Assembly (NCBI RefSeq): GCF_009914755.1
Contig: NC_060938.1
Strand: one strand, 5' to 3'
Length of the DNA stretch: 64,000 nucleotides
DNA from: the human T2T-CHM13v2.0 reference genome, Homo sapiens
The number at the start of each line of letters is the position of its first letter. The stretch's first letter is position 1. Positions 1 to 16,099 of this stretch are shown piece after piece. The notes beneath the pieces were generated by a model. That model was not told where the DNA came from and made no database searches. It saw only the letters and a program-made list of their open reading frames with translations. Both the position numbers and the translations under genes were made by a program.

Positions 1-39
1 CCCCAAGAACTAAAATAATATAGTCTCTACCTATATGGC

Positions 40-730
40 ATCCACCCTTACTGGTCTGGGAGACAAGAAGAGGCAGCAGACGTAATGATACGAGGGCCAA
101 GGACTGCGGTGGCGGTCAGTGTAAGGTCTGGTAAGAGCACAGGCATAGGAGGCCTAACCCCTTGCCTGGGCGCCCCAGAGAAGTGGCCTCTCTACACCAG
201 CGGCCAGTGCTTCAGGACTAGCTGGCTCAGTGAAAGCAATATAGAGGAGGGAAGGGGAGGGGAGTGTTCCCAGCAGAAGGAACAGCTCCTCTAAAGCCCA
301 AAGACTAGAGAAAGTAAGACGTGTTTGGGTTTGAGCCAAGCCTGGAGCTCCCGATTGGGTGGGCTAGAGTCTGGATCCTGGGGAGCTTGATGGAACCCGA
401 GGACCTGAGGTTGGGTGGGAGAGCTGGGACCACCCCGTTTGCTCCGGCTGCAGTGTGAAGAATAGGTGGGAATGGGTGTCAGAATGACGCATGAAGGGAC
501 CAGCTCAACATCTGCTGCGGCATTTCAGGAGAGAAGTGGTGGAATGAGCCAAGCGGCTTTGATGGCAGAGAGAAATGGGCAAATGCAGAGATGTTAAGAA
601 GGTAGAAACACGATTCGGGGTGGATTTGTTTGAGATTCCTGGGGAGAGGAACCAACGCGCAGGTTTCTGACTTGAGCAAGTGGAATGCTGGTTCAGGGGA
701 AAGAGCATGGGCCCTGGTGTAGGAAAGGCC
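40..730 (-). mobile_element. L2 LINE remnant
   Basis: Purine-rich degenerate L2-like text (e.g. caggtttctgacttgagcaagtgg); by eye. Confidence 0.5.
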
Positions 731-1179
731 TGAGGTGGGTCTCATCTGCTAACATTATTTAGAGCTCTTTGGGTTAACGGGGGCAGGCACCCAATTCACT
801 GTTGTTTACACTCACAAGGGAGTTTACCAGGCAGACACTGGGTCTCTCACACTTAGTCCACAGAGTCACAGGGACAGCTTTTCCTTCCGTGTCCCATGTC
901 CCCGCTCTCTGTATGCAGCCTTCCTTCTTTGGGGCATCCCTCTATGATGACAGAGGAAAGCATGGCCCTTGCTGGCTTGCCAGAAGAGGCCTGATGTCTC
1001 CTGTCTCCTACCTGCCCTTGATCCCGTTGCCGTAACTAGGGAGATGGGGTACTGTGGTTGTGACTCAGACTGGGTCATGTGCCCACCAAACCATGCGATA
1101 GAGTCAAGGAGCAAGAATTCCCCAGAAGGGAGGGAGTCGTGTGCTTCTCTGGGCAGATGAAACGGTCGGATCTGTACCC

Positions 1180-1325
1180 AACTTTAATCTGCTAACTGTG
1201 CTACTTTGGGTGAACGGCTTGGTTCTGCAAGCTTGGTTCTGTCTGCTGCAGACAAATAGCTGTAATGCTTCTGCCTCACAGAGCAGCTAGGATGAAAGGG
1301 GAACACATGGAAAGCTTGGGCAGCC
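1180..1325 (+). mobile_element. MIR remnant
   Basis: tgcctcacagagcagctaggatgaaa...ggaaagcttgg resembles MIR core/3' end. Confidence 0.5.
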
Positions 1326-1495
1326 CCCGTGACAAAGTTGTCAGTGTCCTCGGAAGTGGCCAGAAAGAGACAAGCCTCCAAGATTTCTCAGAATGCTTAC
1401 CAGGGGGACGCCTCAATGCAGCCTTCTTTCTTCATATTCGTACGGGACTTATTTCTAATTCTCGCTCCAGACTCTGATATCTTGAGGTTACTTAA

Positions 1496-1822
<327 letters not shown>

Positions 1823-2031
1823 TAGAGAGTTAGTTAGATTAGTTTAAATGGTGATTGGAAGATTAAAAATACATGGTCTGAAGTATGATTTCATGTTTGT
1901 AACATATAAATAAATTCATGAAAATAAAATCAAACTTAGGGAGAGAAAGTAACTTGTGAAATACTCTACAGAGTACGGTGACCCAGCCCTGTGGCACCAT
2001 CCACACCACAGATTGATTTGGTTCCATTTTA

Positions 2032-2304
<273 letters not shown>

Positions 2305-2387
2305 TTAATAGTAGGTGTCTTTGGGTGGTATCATTAATTTTTCCCTTTTACTATACACTTTTGTAATTTTTAAAAAAATTCAGAATG

Positions 2388-3004
2388 GGCCAGGCACAGT
2401 GGCTCATGCCTATAATCCAACTTTGGGAGGCCAGGGCAGGAGGATCACTTGAGATCAGGAGTTGGAGACCAGCCTGGGCAACGTAGCAAGACCTTGTGTC
2501 TACAAAAAAAATTTTTTTAGGCCGGGCACGGTGGCTCACACCTGTAATCCCAGCACTTTGGGAGGCTGAAGCGGACAGATCACCTGAAGTTAGGAGTTCA
2601 AGAGCAGCCTGGCCAACGTGGTGGAACCCTGTCTCTACTAAAATTACAAAAATTAGCCAGGCGTGGTGGCGCATGCCTGTAATCTCAGCTACTCGGGAGG
2701 CTGAGGCAAGAGAATTGCTTGAACCCAGGAGGCAGAGGTTGCAGTAAGCTGAGATCATGCAACTGTACTCCAGCCTGGGCGACAGAGCGAGACTCTGTCA
2801 AAAAAAAAAAAGCAAGAAGAAAGAGAAAGTTTTTTAATAGCTGGGTGTGGTGGCGCACGCCTGCACCTATATGCCTAGCTACTCGGTCGGGGCTGAGGTG
2901 GGAGGCTTGTTTGAGCTCAGGAGCTTAAGGCTGCAATGAGGTATGATTGTGCCACTGCACTCCTACCTGGGCAACAGAGCAAGACTCTGCCTCAAAAAAA
3001 AAAA
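2388..3004 (+). mobile_element. AluJ-like element split by a nested full AluS (2520-2811) in its A-rich linker
   Basis: Left arm, complete Alu, then right arm. Confidence 0.88.
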
Positions 3005-3007
3005 TTA

Positions 3008-3389
<382 letters not shown>

Positions 3390-4079
3390 AAAATAAAAAC
3401 AAGCTATCCGTATGTAATATAGTACTGTTTTTATCAGGACTCTTGTTGGTTTCCAGGGAAAACTAGTTGATCACATTATTTTAATCCGCACTGTCTGTAA
3501 GTGATTTGATGTTGACTTACACGTTTTATGGGCATGAGAGTGTTCTTAGGATCTGTTGGCCGGGTCCTGGGGGAGGTCTCACACCCTGCACCCCCAGATG
3601 GGTGTCCTGTGCTTCACTTAGGGACTGATGTGGGGCACGTTCCTTCTTCTATTTTTATAGCTGATATTTACAGTGTGTTCTGGAAAGTTTTACTTGCTAT
3701 AAGGGTGATGATAGTTTGGGAGAGGAAAGAATGTGTTGAATTAAGAGGGATAGTACATTGACCAATGGAGTTGCAGTCAAATTTATTTCAAGTGAGGATT
3801 TAAATCATGCATTCCCAAGTACTTTTTGAAATCCAGAGAATGATTTTTCTACTTTAAATATCAGTAAGCTGTTTTTTAGAGGTTTGTTTGTTCTTACGAT
3901 TTTGAGATTTTCCTTTGATGTTTTTAAATTATAAAAGAAATACATGCTTATGTGATAACAAATGAAACAAATACGAAAGCATTTTAAAAAGTTAATCTTT
4001 TTCCTACTTCACCCCTCCCCAGTTCTACCCATCTCTACCTCCAATCAGCCAATTCATGTTTATTGTATTTTCAGAAGGC

Positions 4080-4222
4080 TGCTGAGAAACTTTTGGGATG
4101 ATGAGTATGTTCATTATCTGATTATATGATTGTTTCACAGATATATGCATATGTTAAATATCAAATTTTACACTTTAAATATGTACATTTAATTGTATAT
4201 AAATTATATCTCAGTAAAGCTG
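4080..4222 (+). mobile_element. Old L1M 3' end
   Basis: cactttaaatatgtacatttaattgtatataaattatatctcagtaaag is a typical L1M terminus. Confidence 0.6.
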
Positions 4223-4475
4223 GGTGTTTTCAGATGTCCAAACTTGTTAGGTATTTCTTTTGGTCTAGGGGTGCAGTGAAGAAATTACTAAGACACCAAG
4301 GGCATTGTGAACCAAGAAGTTTTGGGAACTTATGACCTAGTGAATATCTTTCCATAACTTTTTTTAAATTAATTTTTTATTTACATATAGTGAAATTCAC
4401 TCTTTCTTGTGGCCAGTTCTCGGAACTTTGATAAATGTGTATAGTCACGTCTTCCGCACCACAGTCAGGATATAG

Positions 4476-4629
<154 letters not shown>

Positions 4630-5228
4630 AGAACAGTTTCTTCAGCCTCCAGAAACATGGCTTTATGCTCACTTTGTAGTCAGAGCCTTCCCCTTCCTTT
4701 CTCTCTGCCCCTCACTAGTCTGTTCTCTATCACATCATTTTGTCTTTTCCAGAATGGAAACTCCATAGAAATGGATTCAGTGTATAGCCTTTGGGTCTAG
4801 CTTCTTTCGCTTAGCTTGATGCATTGGACATTCGTCCATGTTGTCACACAGTTTGTTCCTTTTCCTTCTCAGTGTTGTCTCATTATATAAAAGTAACACC
4901 ATTTGCTTATCCATTTCCTATGGAGGGATATTTGAGGTGTTTCCAGTTTTATTTGGAGCAATAAAACTTTTATAAATACTTACATACCGATTTTAGACAT
5001 AAGCTTTTATTTAACTTGGGTAAACACATAGGGATGCAATCGCTAGGTGAATGGTAAGTGTGTGTTGAGCTTTCTAAGGAACTGCCAAACCGTTTTCCAA
5101 AGTGGCTGCCCCGTGTGATTCCCCCAACAGTGCGTGAGTTCTCATGCCTCCCGTATCTTTGTCAATATTTGGTGTCATCAGTCCTTTTATCTCATTTTGA
5201 TTTTAATTTGCATTTCCTTAATGACTAA

Positions 5229-5536
<308 letters not shown>

Positions 5537-6794
5537 CAAGCATTTTTTCCCTGCGCTTTTTGTCGTTTGTATATCTTCATTGGTGAATTGTCTGTTCCAA
5601 TTGTTTGCCTGTTTTTCAATTGGGCTTTTTTTTTTTTTTTTTTTTTTTTTTGAGTTTTGAGTTTTGAGACTTCTTTACATATCTGGGTACAGATTTTTTG
5701 CGAGATACATGATTTGCAAATATTTTCTCTCAGTCTGTAGCTTGTCTTTTTTTTTGTTCTTAAGTGTCTTGTACAGAGCAAAAATGTTTAATTGAGATAA
5801 AGTCCAACTTAGGATTTGTCCTTTATCAGTAGTGCTTTTGGTAGCATATCTAAGAAGTCTGCCAAACCTAAGCTCACAAAGATTTTTCTCCTATATTTTC
5901 TTCATCGTTTCACATTTTACATGTAGGTCTGTGATCCATTTTGTCTGCAGTTCGTTCTTTGGCGTATGGATTTCCAATTGTTCTGTTTGTTGAAAAGACT
6001 GATGAATATCCATTGAACTGCTTTTGTTCCTTTGTCAAAAATCAGTTGAGCATGTTGTGAGTCTTCTTCTGGACTCTGTCCTGTCGCGTGTTTGTGTATC
6101 TCTGTTTGCCAGTCTCACACTGTCTTCAGTACAGTACTTGATAGTAAATTTTGAGATCAGGTTGTGTGACTGCTATAACCTCTTTCTTCTTTTTGAAAAT
6201 TGTTTTGACTATTCTAGTTATTTTACCTTTCCATATAAATTTTAAAATCAGCTTGTTATCTACAAAATATTCTCCAGGGGTTTACTGCATGCAGTGAACA
6301 TGTAGACTTGGAGACCATTGACCTCTTAACAGTGTGAGCTTTGCAGCCTATGTACACAGCATGTCTCCCCATTTTGGTCTTCTTGTTTTGTAGTTGTCAG
6401 CAAACAGATGCTATAAATATCTTCTTAGACTCGTAAATTAGTATTTTGGTTTTTGGTTGTCATTGTAAATAGATCTGTTTATTTCCCATTTGTAATTGTT
6501 TATTGTCTTGTTGTAATTATATCAGGTTTTGCTTCATGTTATATATATTCATATAAATATTCAGTGTATATCCCCTCTTGGTGAATTAACTCTTTTACCA
6601 TGATAGATATGACTGTATTGCTGGTAATATTATTTGCTCTGAAATCCACTCCGTCTCACCTTAATATAGCCATTCCAGCGCTCTTCTGACTAGTGTTGGC
6701 ATGGTATGTCTTTTTCTTCCCTTTTACTTTTGATCAGTTCGTATCTTTATACGTAAAGTGGGTGTATGGTAGATAGCGTATTGTTGAGTCTTGG

Positions 6795-7126
6795 TTTTTT
6801 TTTGTTTTGGTTTTTGTTGTTGTTGTTGTTGTTGTTGTTGTTTTGAGACAGAGTCTCGCTCTGTCACCCAGGCTGGAGTGCAGTGGCACAATCTCTGCTC
6901 ACTGCAAGCTCCGCCTCCCGGGTTCATGCCATTCTCCTGCCTCAGCCTCCCCCAAGTAGCTGGGACTACAGGCGCCCACCACCACACCCGGCTAATTTTG
7001 TATTTTTAGCAGAGACGGGGTTTCTCACCATGTTAGCCAGGATGGTCTCGATCTCCTGATCTCGTGATCTGCCCTCCTCGGCCTCCCAAAGTGCTGGGAT
7101 TACAGGCGTGAACCACTGTGCCCGGC
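6795..7126 (-). mobile_element. Alu (Y-type) with (GTT)n tail
   Basis: Y-diagnostic gcaagctccgcc and ttagccaggatggtctcgatctc; TSD tgagtcttg. Confidence 0.92.
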
Positions 7127-7582
7127 TGAGTCTTGCTTTTTTATTCAGTCAGACAATCCCTGTCTTTCAGGGTGTTGAAACCATTTATTTTTCATGTGAT
7201 TATGAATGTACTTGGGTTTAAATGTACCACCTTCCTATTTTTTTTCTATTTGTCCCACCTGTTTATCGTTTCTCTTCTTTGTCTGCATTCTTTTGGATCA
7301 ATTGAGTACTTTTTATGATTCCCTTCTATCTCATTTGTTGGCTTCTTTATGATAACTCCATATTGTTTGATTTTAATTGTTAGTCTTTTCTAGAACACAC
7401 CTTTAACTTATCACAATCTACCTTCAAGCGATAACATACTATTTCATATAGAATATAAGACATTTACAACAGTATACTTCTATTTCTCCTCTCCCAGCCT
7501 TTCCGCTATTATCATACATAAACCCCTCAATATCTTATTATTTTTGTTTTAAAGAAATTTAAGTGATTTTTAAAAATCTTTT

Positions 7583-7608
7583 TTTATTATACTTTAAGTT
7601 TTCGGGTA
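7583..7608 (-). mobile_element. Ultra-short L1PA 3'-terminal insertion
   Basis: ttattatactttaagttttcgggta between ttaaaaatctttt duplicates. Confidence 0.75.
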
Positions 7609-7804
7609 TTAAAAATCTTTTATATTTACCCAGATAGTTACAATTTTCAGTGTTCATCATTCCTTTGTGTAGATTCAGATACCCATCTGATATCAATTAC
7701 CTTCTGCTTGAAGGACTGTCTTAATATTTCTTATAGCACAGGTCTACTGATGATGAATTCTTTTAGCTTTCGTGTATCTGCAAAAGCCTTTCTTTTCTTT
7801 TGCC

Positions 7805-8113
7805 TTTTTTTTTTTTTTTTTTTTTTGAGACAGGGTCTTGCTCTGTTACCCAGGCCAGTGTATAGTGGTGCAATCACGGCTCACTGCAGCTTTGACTTCC
7901 AGGCTCAATCAGTCCTCCCACCTCACACCCCAACCCCAACTCTGCCCCAGTAGCTGGGATGACAGGCACATGCCACCATGTCCAGCTAATTTTTTTACTT
8001 TTTGTGGAGACAGGGTCTCACTAGGTTGCCTAAGCTGGTCTCAAACTCCTGGGCTCAAGCAGTCCTTTCATCTTGGCCTCCCAAAGTACTGAGAGTACAG
8101 GGGTGAGCCTGGT
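7805..8113 (-). mobile_element. Alu (J-type)
   Basis: Alu reverse complement with a small internal insertion. Confidence 0.88.
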
Positions 8114-10319
8114 CTTGCCTTCAGTTTTGAAAGATCTGCTTGCTGGTATAGAATTCCGTGTCGACCGTTTTATCCTTGAAAAACTTTTGCTCGCCTGTTG
8201 TCTTGCTTGCATTATTTCTGATGAGATGTCTCCTGCCATTCTTTTCTTTGTTCCTTTGGACATAATGTACCCTTTCCCCCTCTGGGAGCTTTCACAGTTG
8301 TCTCTTTTTAAGTCATTTGATTATGATGGGCCTTGGCATGGTTTCCTTCATTTTGCCTGTGTTTAGAGTTTGTTTATAATTTTCATCAGTTTGAGAAATT
8401 GTCTCTTCAAATATTTTTTTCTGTCCCATGACCCTTTCTCTCCTTTAGGGATCCCAATAACGTGTATTAGGCTTCTTAGAGTTGATGCTGATGCTCTATT
8501 TCTCTTAATTCTTTTTTTTTTTTCTGTGTAACATTTGGATAGTTTCCTTTGCTTTCTTCAACTTCTTTAATCTTTTCTGCCATGTCTATTCTGTTAATTT
8601 TTATTACAGTAAATTTTTCATTTCACACATTTTTTTTAATTAAGTGAGCAAATTTACTTAAGCAATTAGAGATCTGTGGGTACATATTGTTGTTGTCATC
8701 TCTAGTGGTTTGATTTGTGTCTTTTTAAAATATCTTTCACGTCCACCTAACTTTTTGGACACAATACTGTATTCATGTCCTTGTCTGCCAATTCTAACAT
8801 TTGTGTCATTTCAGTTTAGTTCAGTTGACTGGTTTTTCTTCTCATTATAAATCCTTCTCCTGCTTCTTTGCGTGTCTGGTAATTTTTAATTGGATGTCTG
8901 ACATTGTGAATTTTGCTTTGTTGAGTGCTATATCTCTATTCATGTTCTTGAGATTTGTTTGGGGATGCAATTAAGTTACTTGGAAATAGTTTGATCCTTT
9001 CAGTTCTTGCTTTTTCAGATGTTTTAGGCAGGAACAGTTATATTAAAACCAGAGCTAATTATTCTCCACCACTGAGACCTTTCTGATTAGGAAGCCAGTG
9101 CCCTATGGATTATGAATTTTTCCCATCTGGTTGGTGGGAACAGACACTGTTCCCAGCCCCGAACAAGTACTGGGTTCTCACTAATCCTTTCAGGTGGTTC
9201 TTTTCCCAACCTCTGGTAGTTTTCTCACACAAATATGCTGATCTGTACTCTGCTGAATAGTTGAGTGACCTCTACAAATAAATCACTGTAGTTCTTCTCT
9301 GTGTGCAGCTGTCTCCCCTGTGGAACTCTGCCTTGCAAATTCTAATCCAGTTTGAATCCTGGGTCCCACCTGGGTTCTTTCTGCCTATACTACAACCTAA
9401 AAATCTATCAAGGCAGGAGCCTGGGGCGGTGTGGGACGTGCCTCACTTGTTCCCATCTCAGGGATCACTGTCCTTATCCTTCGTTGTCTGAAATCCAGTG
9501 TCTTGAAAACCGTAATTTTATATATTTTTGCCCAAATATTTGGTTGTTTCAGGCAGTAGCATAAACCTCATCCTTGTTACTCCATCTCATCTGGAAGCAT
9601 AAGTCTGCTTCATTTATAATAGATACTCAATAAACACTTAACTCCGTCCACCCAGGGGATCTAGCAATTATTATAAAAATGAAAGACTGTTTGCATAATT
9701 TATAATGCCATAATTTCATACGTCATTTGGGGTTAGGGGAAATGGCTGTGCATACATGACTGGGAAGTGATAAGGAGTTTAGCTCTGAAACTTCCCTTCT
9801 CAGTTGATTTATATCACGTTGGATAGAGAGTATGTTGTTCTGCTATGCTAAAGCATTACTAAACTTTCTCATACCTTACTGCAAAAAGAAATCAGAATAC
9901 ATGATAAAGCAAATATATTAGAATGCTAATGGTAAAATCTAGATGATAGCTGTTCGCTATAAAATTCTTTCAACTTTATTGCATTGAAATTTTTCGTAAT
10001 AAAAACATTGGGAATACATCATTCAGAATCTATACGAAACTAATCTTTGGCCCAGAGTAAATAACTTAAGAGCACTTCCAAATCCAGTGTTATCTTTAAA
10101 TGACACTAGTTGAATTGAATTATAAGTATTATGAATTATTTCTTATGTATAAATATTCTAAACTCAAAAAATATAAACTCATGCACATAACTGTAAATGA
10201 TTTATTTTCATGCTTATCTGAAGATGATCTTGTTATGAAACTGTAGAAAATTAAAATATTCATTGTTTGAAAAGTTTAGACTAAATTTCCTTTATTAAGT
10301 ATTCTACAAAGGTTTGTAA

Positions 10320-10624
<305 letters not shown>

Positions 10625-12510
10625 CGTAAGTTTTTATTTCCATATCTTTAACTGCTATTTAGGAACATATTTGAATAGATTGTAAAAATAGCAAGTTATT
10701 CAAAGTAAGAATTTTCAATGTTGTGGTTCTTTTCTTGACTGTCACATCATGGCATCTATTTGGAGGTGAAATCGATTCTTTGAAAGCAGCTCTTGCTGTG
10801 GAGGAAGCGCGAGGTAGATTTGTGGGAAGAAGGCTCTGCTCTCCCTTACCTCTCTTCACTGCCGAGCACTCATTGTGTGCCAGGGCCAGCAGGAAGATAT
10901 TAAACCAAGGACTTCCCGGCCACCCAGTCATACTTGAGATAAATATTCCAAAGAAAATGTACAGCATCATAGAAGAGCTTAAAATTAGGGGCCCAATTAG
11001 GACTGTAATTATTTTGCAGCTGAGACGTAAAGGTTTAATGAGACATTTTTCACAGTTTCCAGGTAATTAATTGGTGTTGCAGTTAATAAGGTGACTGATG
11101 CGTGCTTTTCCCAGGATCCATTTACTCTCAGCAAGTGTTTGAGGACCTCCTAGGTGCCAGGCACAGTGGTAGGTGCTGGGATTGCTGTGCATTTATGTTC
11201 TCTAGATGATAGCTGAGTTCTGGTGCCATGAAAGCAGATTCAAACTCACTTTACAAATGGGGAAAGGGGTAGTATCTCCCTTTAAGACTGCTACTACGAT
11301 TTTTACTATTCTACCTAAATTTTAGGTTAAGTTCATTGAGTTCATCAAAAATTCAGTTTAAGATTGTGTCTGCTTTATACATTGCTCTGCGAAGTTCCAT
11401 CTTTGTAATATGATCTCATTCCACATCAAAGGTTCCTCCGTTTTTTCGGGCATTCTTCAGTGCCTTTTATTAGAGTTTTCTGCTTTCTCCATCAAGGCCT
11501 TGTAACTAGGTCAGTAATTCCCAGGCACTTTGTAGTTTTTGTGTCTGGGTAGCTGGAGTCTTCGTCTCTGTTTCTTTTTTGTATTTGCTTAATTGTTAGT
11601 GGAAAGGTGGTTGCTGTTGGTTTCATATTTTTGATATTTGCATGTGGTAGTCTAGTTGTGATGGTCTGTCTGTTGCTTCTGTTTTCCAGCTATATCATTT
11701 GCAAACAAATGACAATTTTGTACTTAAATATATATATATTGCGAAGGGGCTTAACACTTTCTGCCCTTCCCAGAAATGTATCTCTTAGCAATATGACTCG
11801 TAGAACCTAACAGTTCCATCACAGGAGGAAGTGTTCTGCAGTAACTGTAATTTGGCCTTTGATGGATTCATCTGTTATAAATCCTGTTGACATGAATAAA
11901 ACAGAGAATAAATAACAGAATAACCCTTGTGGTTTTGAACAGAGAACTGTAAATAATCAAACCTTTCTTTCCTGTTGCCTCTAAAGTTAGACTGTCAGCG
12001 GTTTTTTTTTTTAATGTATCCCTTCATGTCTTAAAATTTTTATATGTTACACTGCTGCAGTTATGTTACGGCATAAATATTCACTCATTGGTAATGAATG
12101 ATAACACATACAGAAAGGCTGCATGATATTGCTGAATTGTAAGAATTTTCCGTAAAGTTGCTTCTTGGGCCATTCTAGTTTACATCTAATTTAATAAATT
12201 TAGCAATTTGGAGAACATCTGCAGGACTGATGTAAGTACTGAAAGTGGAAGTGTCAGGGAGGCAGCAGAAGCAGGTGCTTCCTGATATTAACCAGAGACG
12301 GTCCTGGCACAGATGGGGCCGTGTGAATCACATGCAGACATACGTATGCACTCACGTGCGTGCCATTATTTTCATGTGGAGGTCAAACAGTCAGAAACGT
12401 TTGGGAAGTGCTGTGTAATGCTAACTGTTCGTGCATAATGTTTTCCCATTTAGTAAGTGCTGTTGCATGTGTTTTCTGTGATTCTCACCACAGCCCAATG
12501 CAAAAAATAA

Positions 12511-12833
<323 letters not shown>

Positions 12834-13504
12834 TTTACCCTTTCCAATGGAGGAGAAAATTGAGGCTCAGGCAGGCTGTTTGGTCTGAGGTCCTTCTTCT
12901 AGGTGGGAAGAGGGTGTAGAGAGACTGTTTCCATGAGGCTGTGCTGCCTTTGTTGGGCAGCGTGATTCTGCGTCTGTGCCTCTGGGTGTGCGCTGGATCC
13001 GTAGGTCTCATTTGAGAGATCACAGTGACCCTGTGTGCTGCCCAGAAGACCCGGGACTCCTTAGACCTCAGAGCTTCTTTGGTGTTCACTGCATAACGTT
13101 GATGTCTTCTCTGTTTCCTCAGACCGGATCCATGCATCCAGGTAGCATGGCAGTGACATTTGCACACAGACATCAGCACCCCAGGTTTCTGTACCTGGGG
13201 CTCCTGCCCCTGATTCGCCCCTGCAGCTTTTGTGTTAAGAAATGTTGCTAGGTCAGAAACCCAAGAAGAATTTGAGGTGATAGACCGTTGGCCCTCTGTT
13301 CCTTCCCCCCGCCCCAGTATTACTTTTTACTTAACCTTTTCTAGAGATATGCACTAAATTAATGCAATGTAATGTGGTAAGAAAGGTGTGTAGAAGTTAG
13401 GAGTGCAAGTTTTTTTCCTTACACATGAGAAATGACTTTCAATCAATCAGAATTGGCCTGGAATGAACCTTCCCGGACCTAGGTCGGTCATCAGTCAAGG
13501 ACGC

Positions 13505-13896
13505 TGTATCAGTCTGCTCAGGCTGCCGTAAGAAAATACCACAGGCTGGTGGCTTAAACCACAGAAATGTGTCTTCTCTCCATTCTAGAGGCTGGAAAGT
13601 CTAAACTCAAGGGTGTAGCAGGGTTTGTTCCCTGCTGAGGGCCTTTTCTGGCTTGCAGACGGCCACTGTGCCCTCCCATGGCCTTTGCTCCGAGCAAGTG
13701 CAGAGAAGGCGAGTGTGAGCCTTCTACCATCCCTCCTTACAAAGACACTAATCCTGGAGGGCCAAGGCCCCACTTATGACTTCATTCACCCTTCATTATT
13801 TTCTCTGAGGACCCATCTCCAAATCCAGCCACACCAGGGTTTAGGTCTTTAACATGAATGTGAGGAAGGGAGGCCACAAGCATTGAGTCCATGACA
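13505..13896 (-). mobile_element. MaLR solo LTR (MLT1-like)
   Basis: tg...ca ends; near-TSD gacgc/gacac; ataccacaggctggtggcttaaa motif. Confidence 0.8.
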
Positions 13897-14115
13897 GACA
13901 CTGAAAAGAGGACATTGTGTTCAGAGCAAGCCATCTGAGTCACCTTGCAGGCCCTCAGCTCAGCATCAAGGATTCAGTGAGTGTGCAGGTGTTTGAGACG
14001 GGGCCTAGCTGCTGGGCTGACTGTCACTGTGCGGGAGAGCTTCAACTGGAAACCCTAATCACTAGCTTTCCTGCTAGTAGAAACCACCAGTTTACTTAGG
14101 AATCTCAGCTGACTG

Positions 14116-14492
14116 GGTGCCTCAGTCAGGGCTGTGCAGAGAAACAGCAGGAGAGACAGAGATTGAGATCTCAAGGACTTGCCTTCTGCAGTGGGTGAGT
14201 CCAGCGGGCAGGTCTGGACTCCGTGGACAGGCAGCGGGCACGAGACTTGGCCGTGGTGGACACTGCAGGCCGCAGGTGGACTCTCCTCAGAGAAGCTGCA
14301 GTTTGGGTCTCACAGGCCTCTCAGCTGACTGGTTGAAGCCCCCACATTCTCAAGAGTGATCGCTACTTGAAGTCCATTGATTATAGGTGTTAACCACATC
14401 TATAAAATGCCTTCACAGGAACACCCACAGCAGTGTTTGGACAGCTGGGCACTGTGGCCTAGCCGGGTTGACACATACGGCCAGCTGGCACA
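14116..14492 (-). mobile_element. ERVL-class LTR (MLT2D-like)
   Basis: Ends cctagccgggttgacacata...caca; ttaaccacatctataaaatgccttcacag. Confidence 0.65.
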
Positions 14493-15980
14493 GTCGGGGA
14501 CATTTTACTTTTTTTCAGTTATCGCCTTTAACCACGATGGGTGAAATCACACTTTCCTGTGCCTAAATAACATCTTAGGCAAGTTGGTTAACTTCTTAGT
14601 CATCCCTGGTCACAGAAATCCAATCTAGGTTAAAGCTTTCATCTCAGACCCTCTGCAAATGGCATCTAAGCCGCACCCCAGGCAGCCTGGCCAGGGAGGG
14701 ACATGCTGTGGGAGAGGAGGGGAAGCAAGGGTGGCTCCGAGCCCCTCTTGCCCGCCCTCCCCCGGGGCTTTGAGCAGAACCCAGAGCAGAGGGGAAGGGC
14801 AGCTGCCTGTTCTGCTCAGTTGCTCCCTGTGGCCTCGGCCAGAATGGTGGTCTCTTCCTCTGTGGCATGTCTGTGACTCTTGGGCAGCAGGCCTCTTCCA
14901 GAGGGACGGCTGTTTCCTCTCCCCCAAGACCTACAGCCTCGTCTCTGGGTGAGCTGACCCCTCTCTCCCTTGGCAGCTTCCTGGGCGGCGTGGCCCTACG
15001 GCTCCTGCTCTGGCCTCTGTATCCCTGATGGGCAGCCCCAGAAACCTCGGAAGCAGTGACCGTGCTTTCCTTCCAGGCGCCATGGTTCCTCAGGCCCTGA
15101 TGTCACAGGCTGTTCCCAGAGTCTCCTGCCAGGCATAGTCCTGTTCACAGATTCCTCTGCCACCCAGAGTTCGTGCCCAGGCTCTGCCCTCCCCACACTG
15201 TGCTCTGCCCCTGTCGGCACCAGGCCGGGCCCACAGCTCTAACCCACCGAAGAACAAAGTGCCATCTCCCTTTCCTGAAGGTGACCCTGTCCTGTGGGTG
15301 ACTGGACCCTCACCCCAGTCTCTTGGCTTTGAGAGAGAGGGTAGAAACCCCAGTTCACGAATGCCACACTCCCCGTAGGAGCTAAAGACTCAATTCAGAC
15401 TTTCCTTTCTCTGCCCTTCATGGCCCTGGAAGTTATGGAGAGCTTCAGCAGTGGCTGCTAATGACAGGACCCTGGGAGGACATGGCGGCCTGCCCAAAGT
15501 GTGTGTGTGTGTGGCCTTTCCTTAATAGTTGAGCTTTTAGCATCTGCTTGTTCACGTCTGTGGGCTTTGGGGTCAGGGTGCCAGGAGGGGCAGACTAGAC
15601 CCCTGTCTGCGCCGAGTGCCTGTGGGCCAGCAACTGAGGCAGGGCCGTCCACCTGTCAATCACCGTTCTTTGGGAGGCTCCTTGCAGTGCCCTATACACA
15701 CACTAGCTTCACAGAGGAGGGGACAGTCCCTGGAGAGTAGACATTGCCAGAAATTATAACACCAGTGAGAGTCAGGTTAACTCTCGGTTTTAGATTGCAA
15801 ACTTTTGTCTTTGTACCTATGTCTTAGGAACATTACTCATACTTTTACTAGAAGTGTTTTTTAATTAGTTGTTCCTGGCTTTTCAGCCCCTTTTTTCATC
15901 CCTGCGTTTCTACAGTATCCGTGAAGGCCATTACAGTTGGTCTTTACGTCAGCTCCCCTCTCAGATGACACAGAGAACAA

Positions 15981-16017
15981 GCTCAGATGCTTGATACTCA
16001 GATGCTTGATGCTCAGA
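15981..16017. repeat. 15-bp tandem repeat x2.5
   Basis: gctcagatgcttgat / actcagatgcttgat / gctcaga. Confidence 0.85.
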
Positions 16018-16099
16018 GCTTTTATAGCTGATGACTTTCTGAAAAATGATATTAAGGTTTGGAGTTCAGTATCAATACCAGTAAAGAAGGGAAGAAACA

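Noticed and set aside
5626-5670. Poly-T followed by tgagac as an Alu end
   Set aside because: No Alu body follows; it reads as a T-run expansion inside the L1
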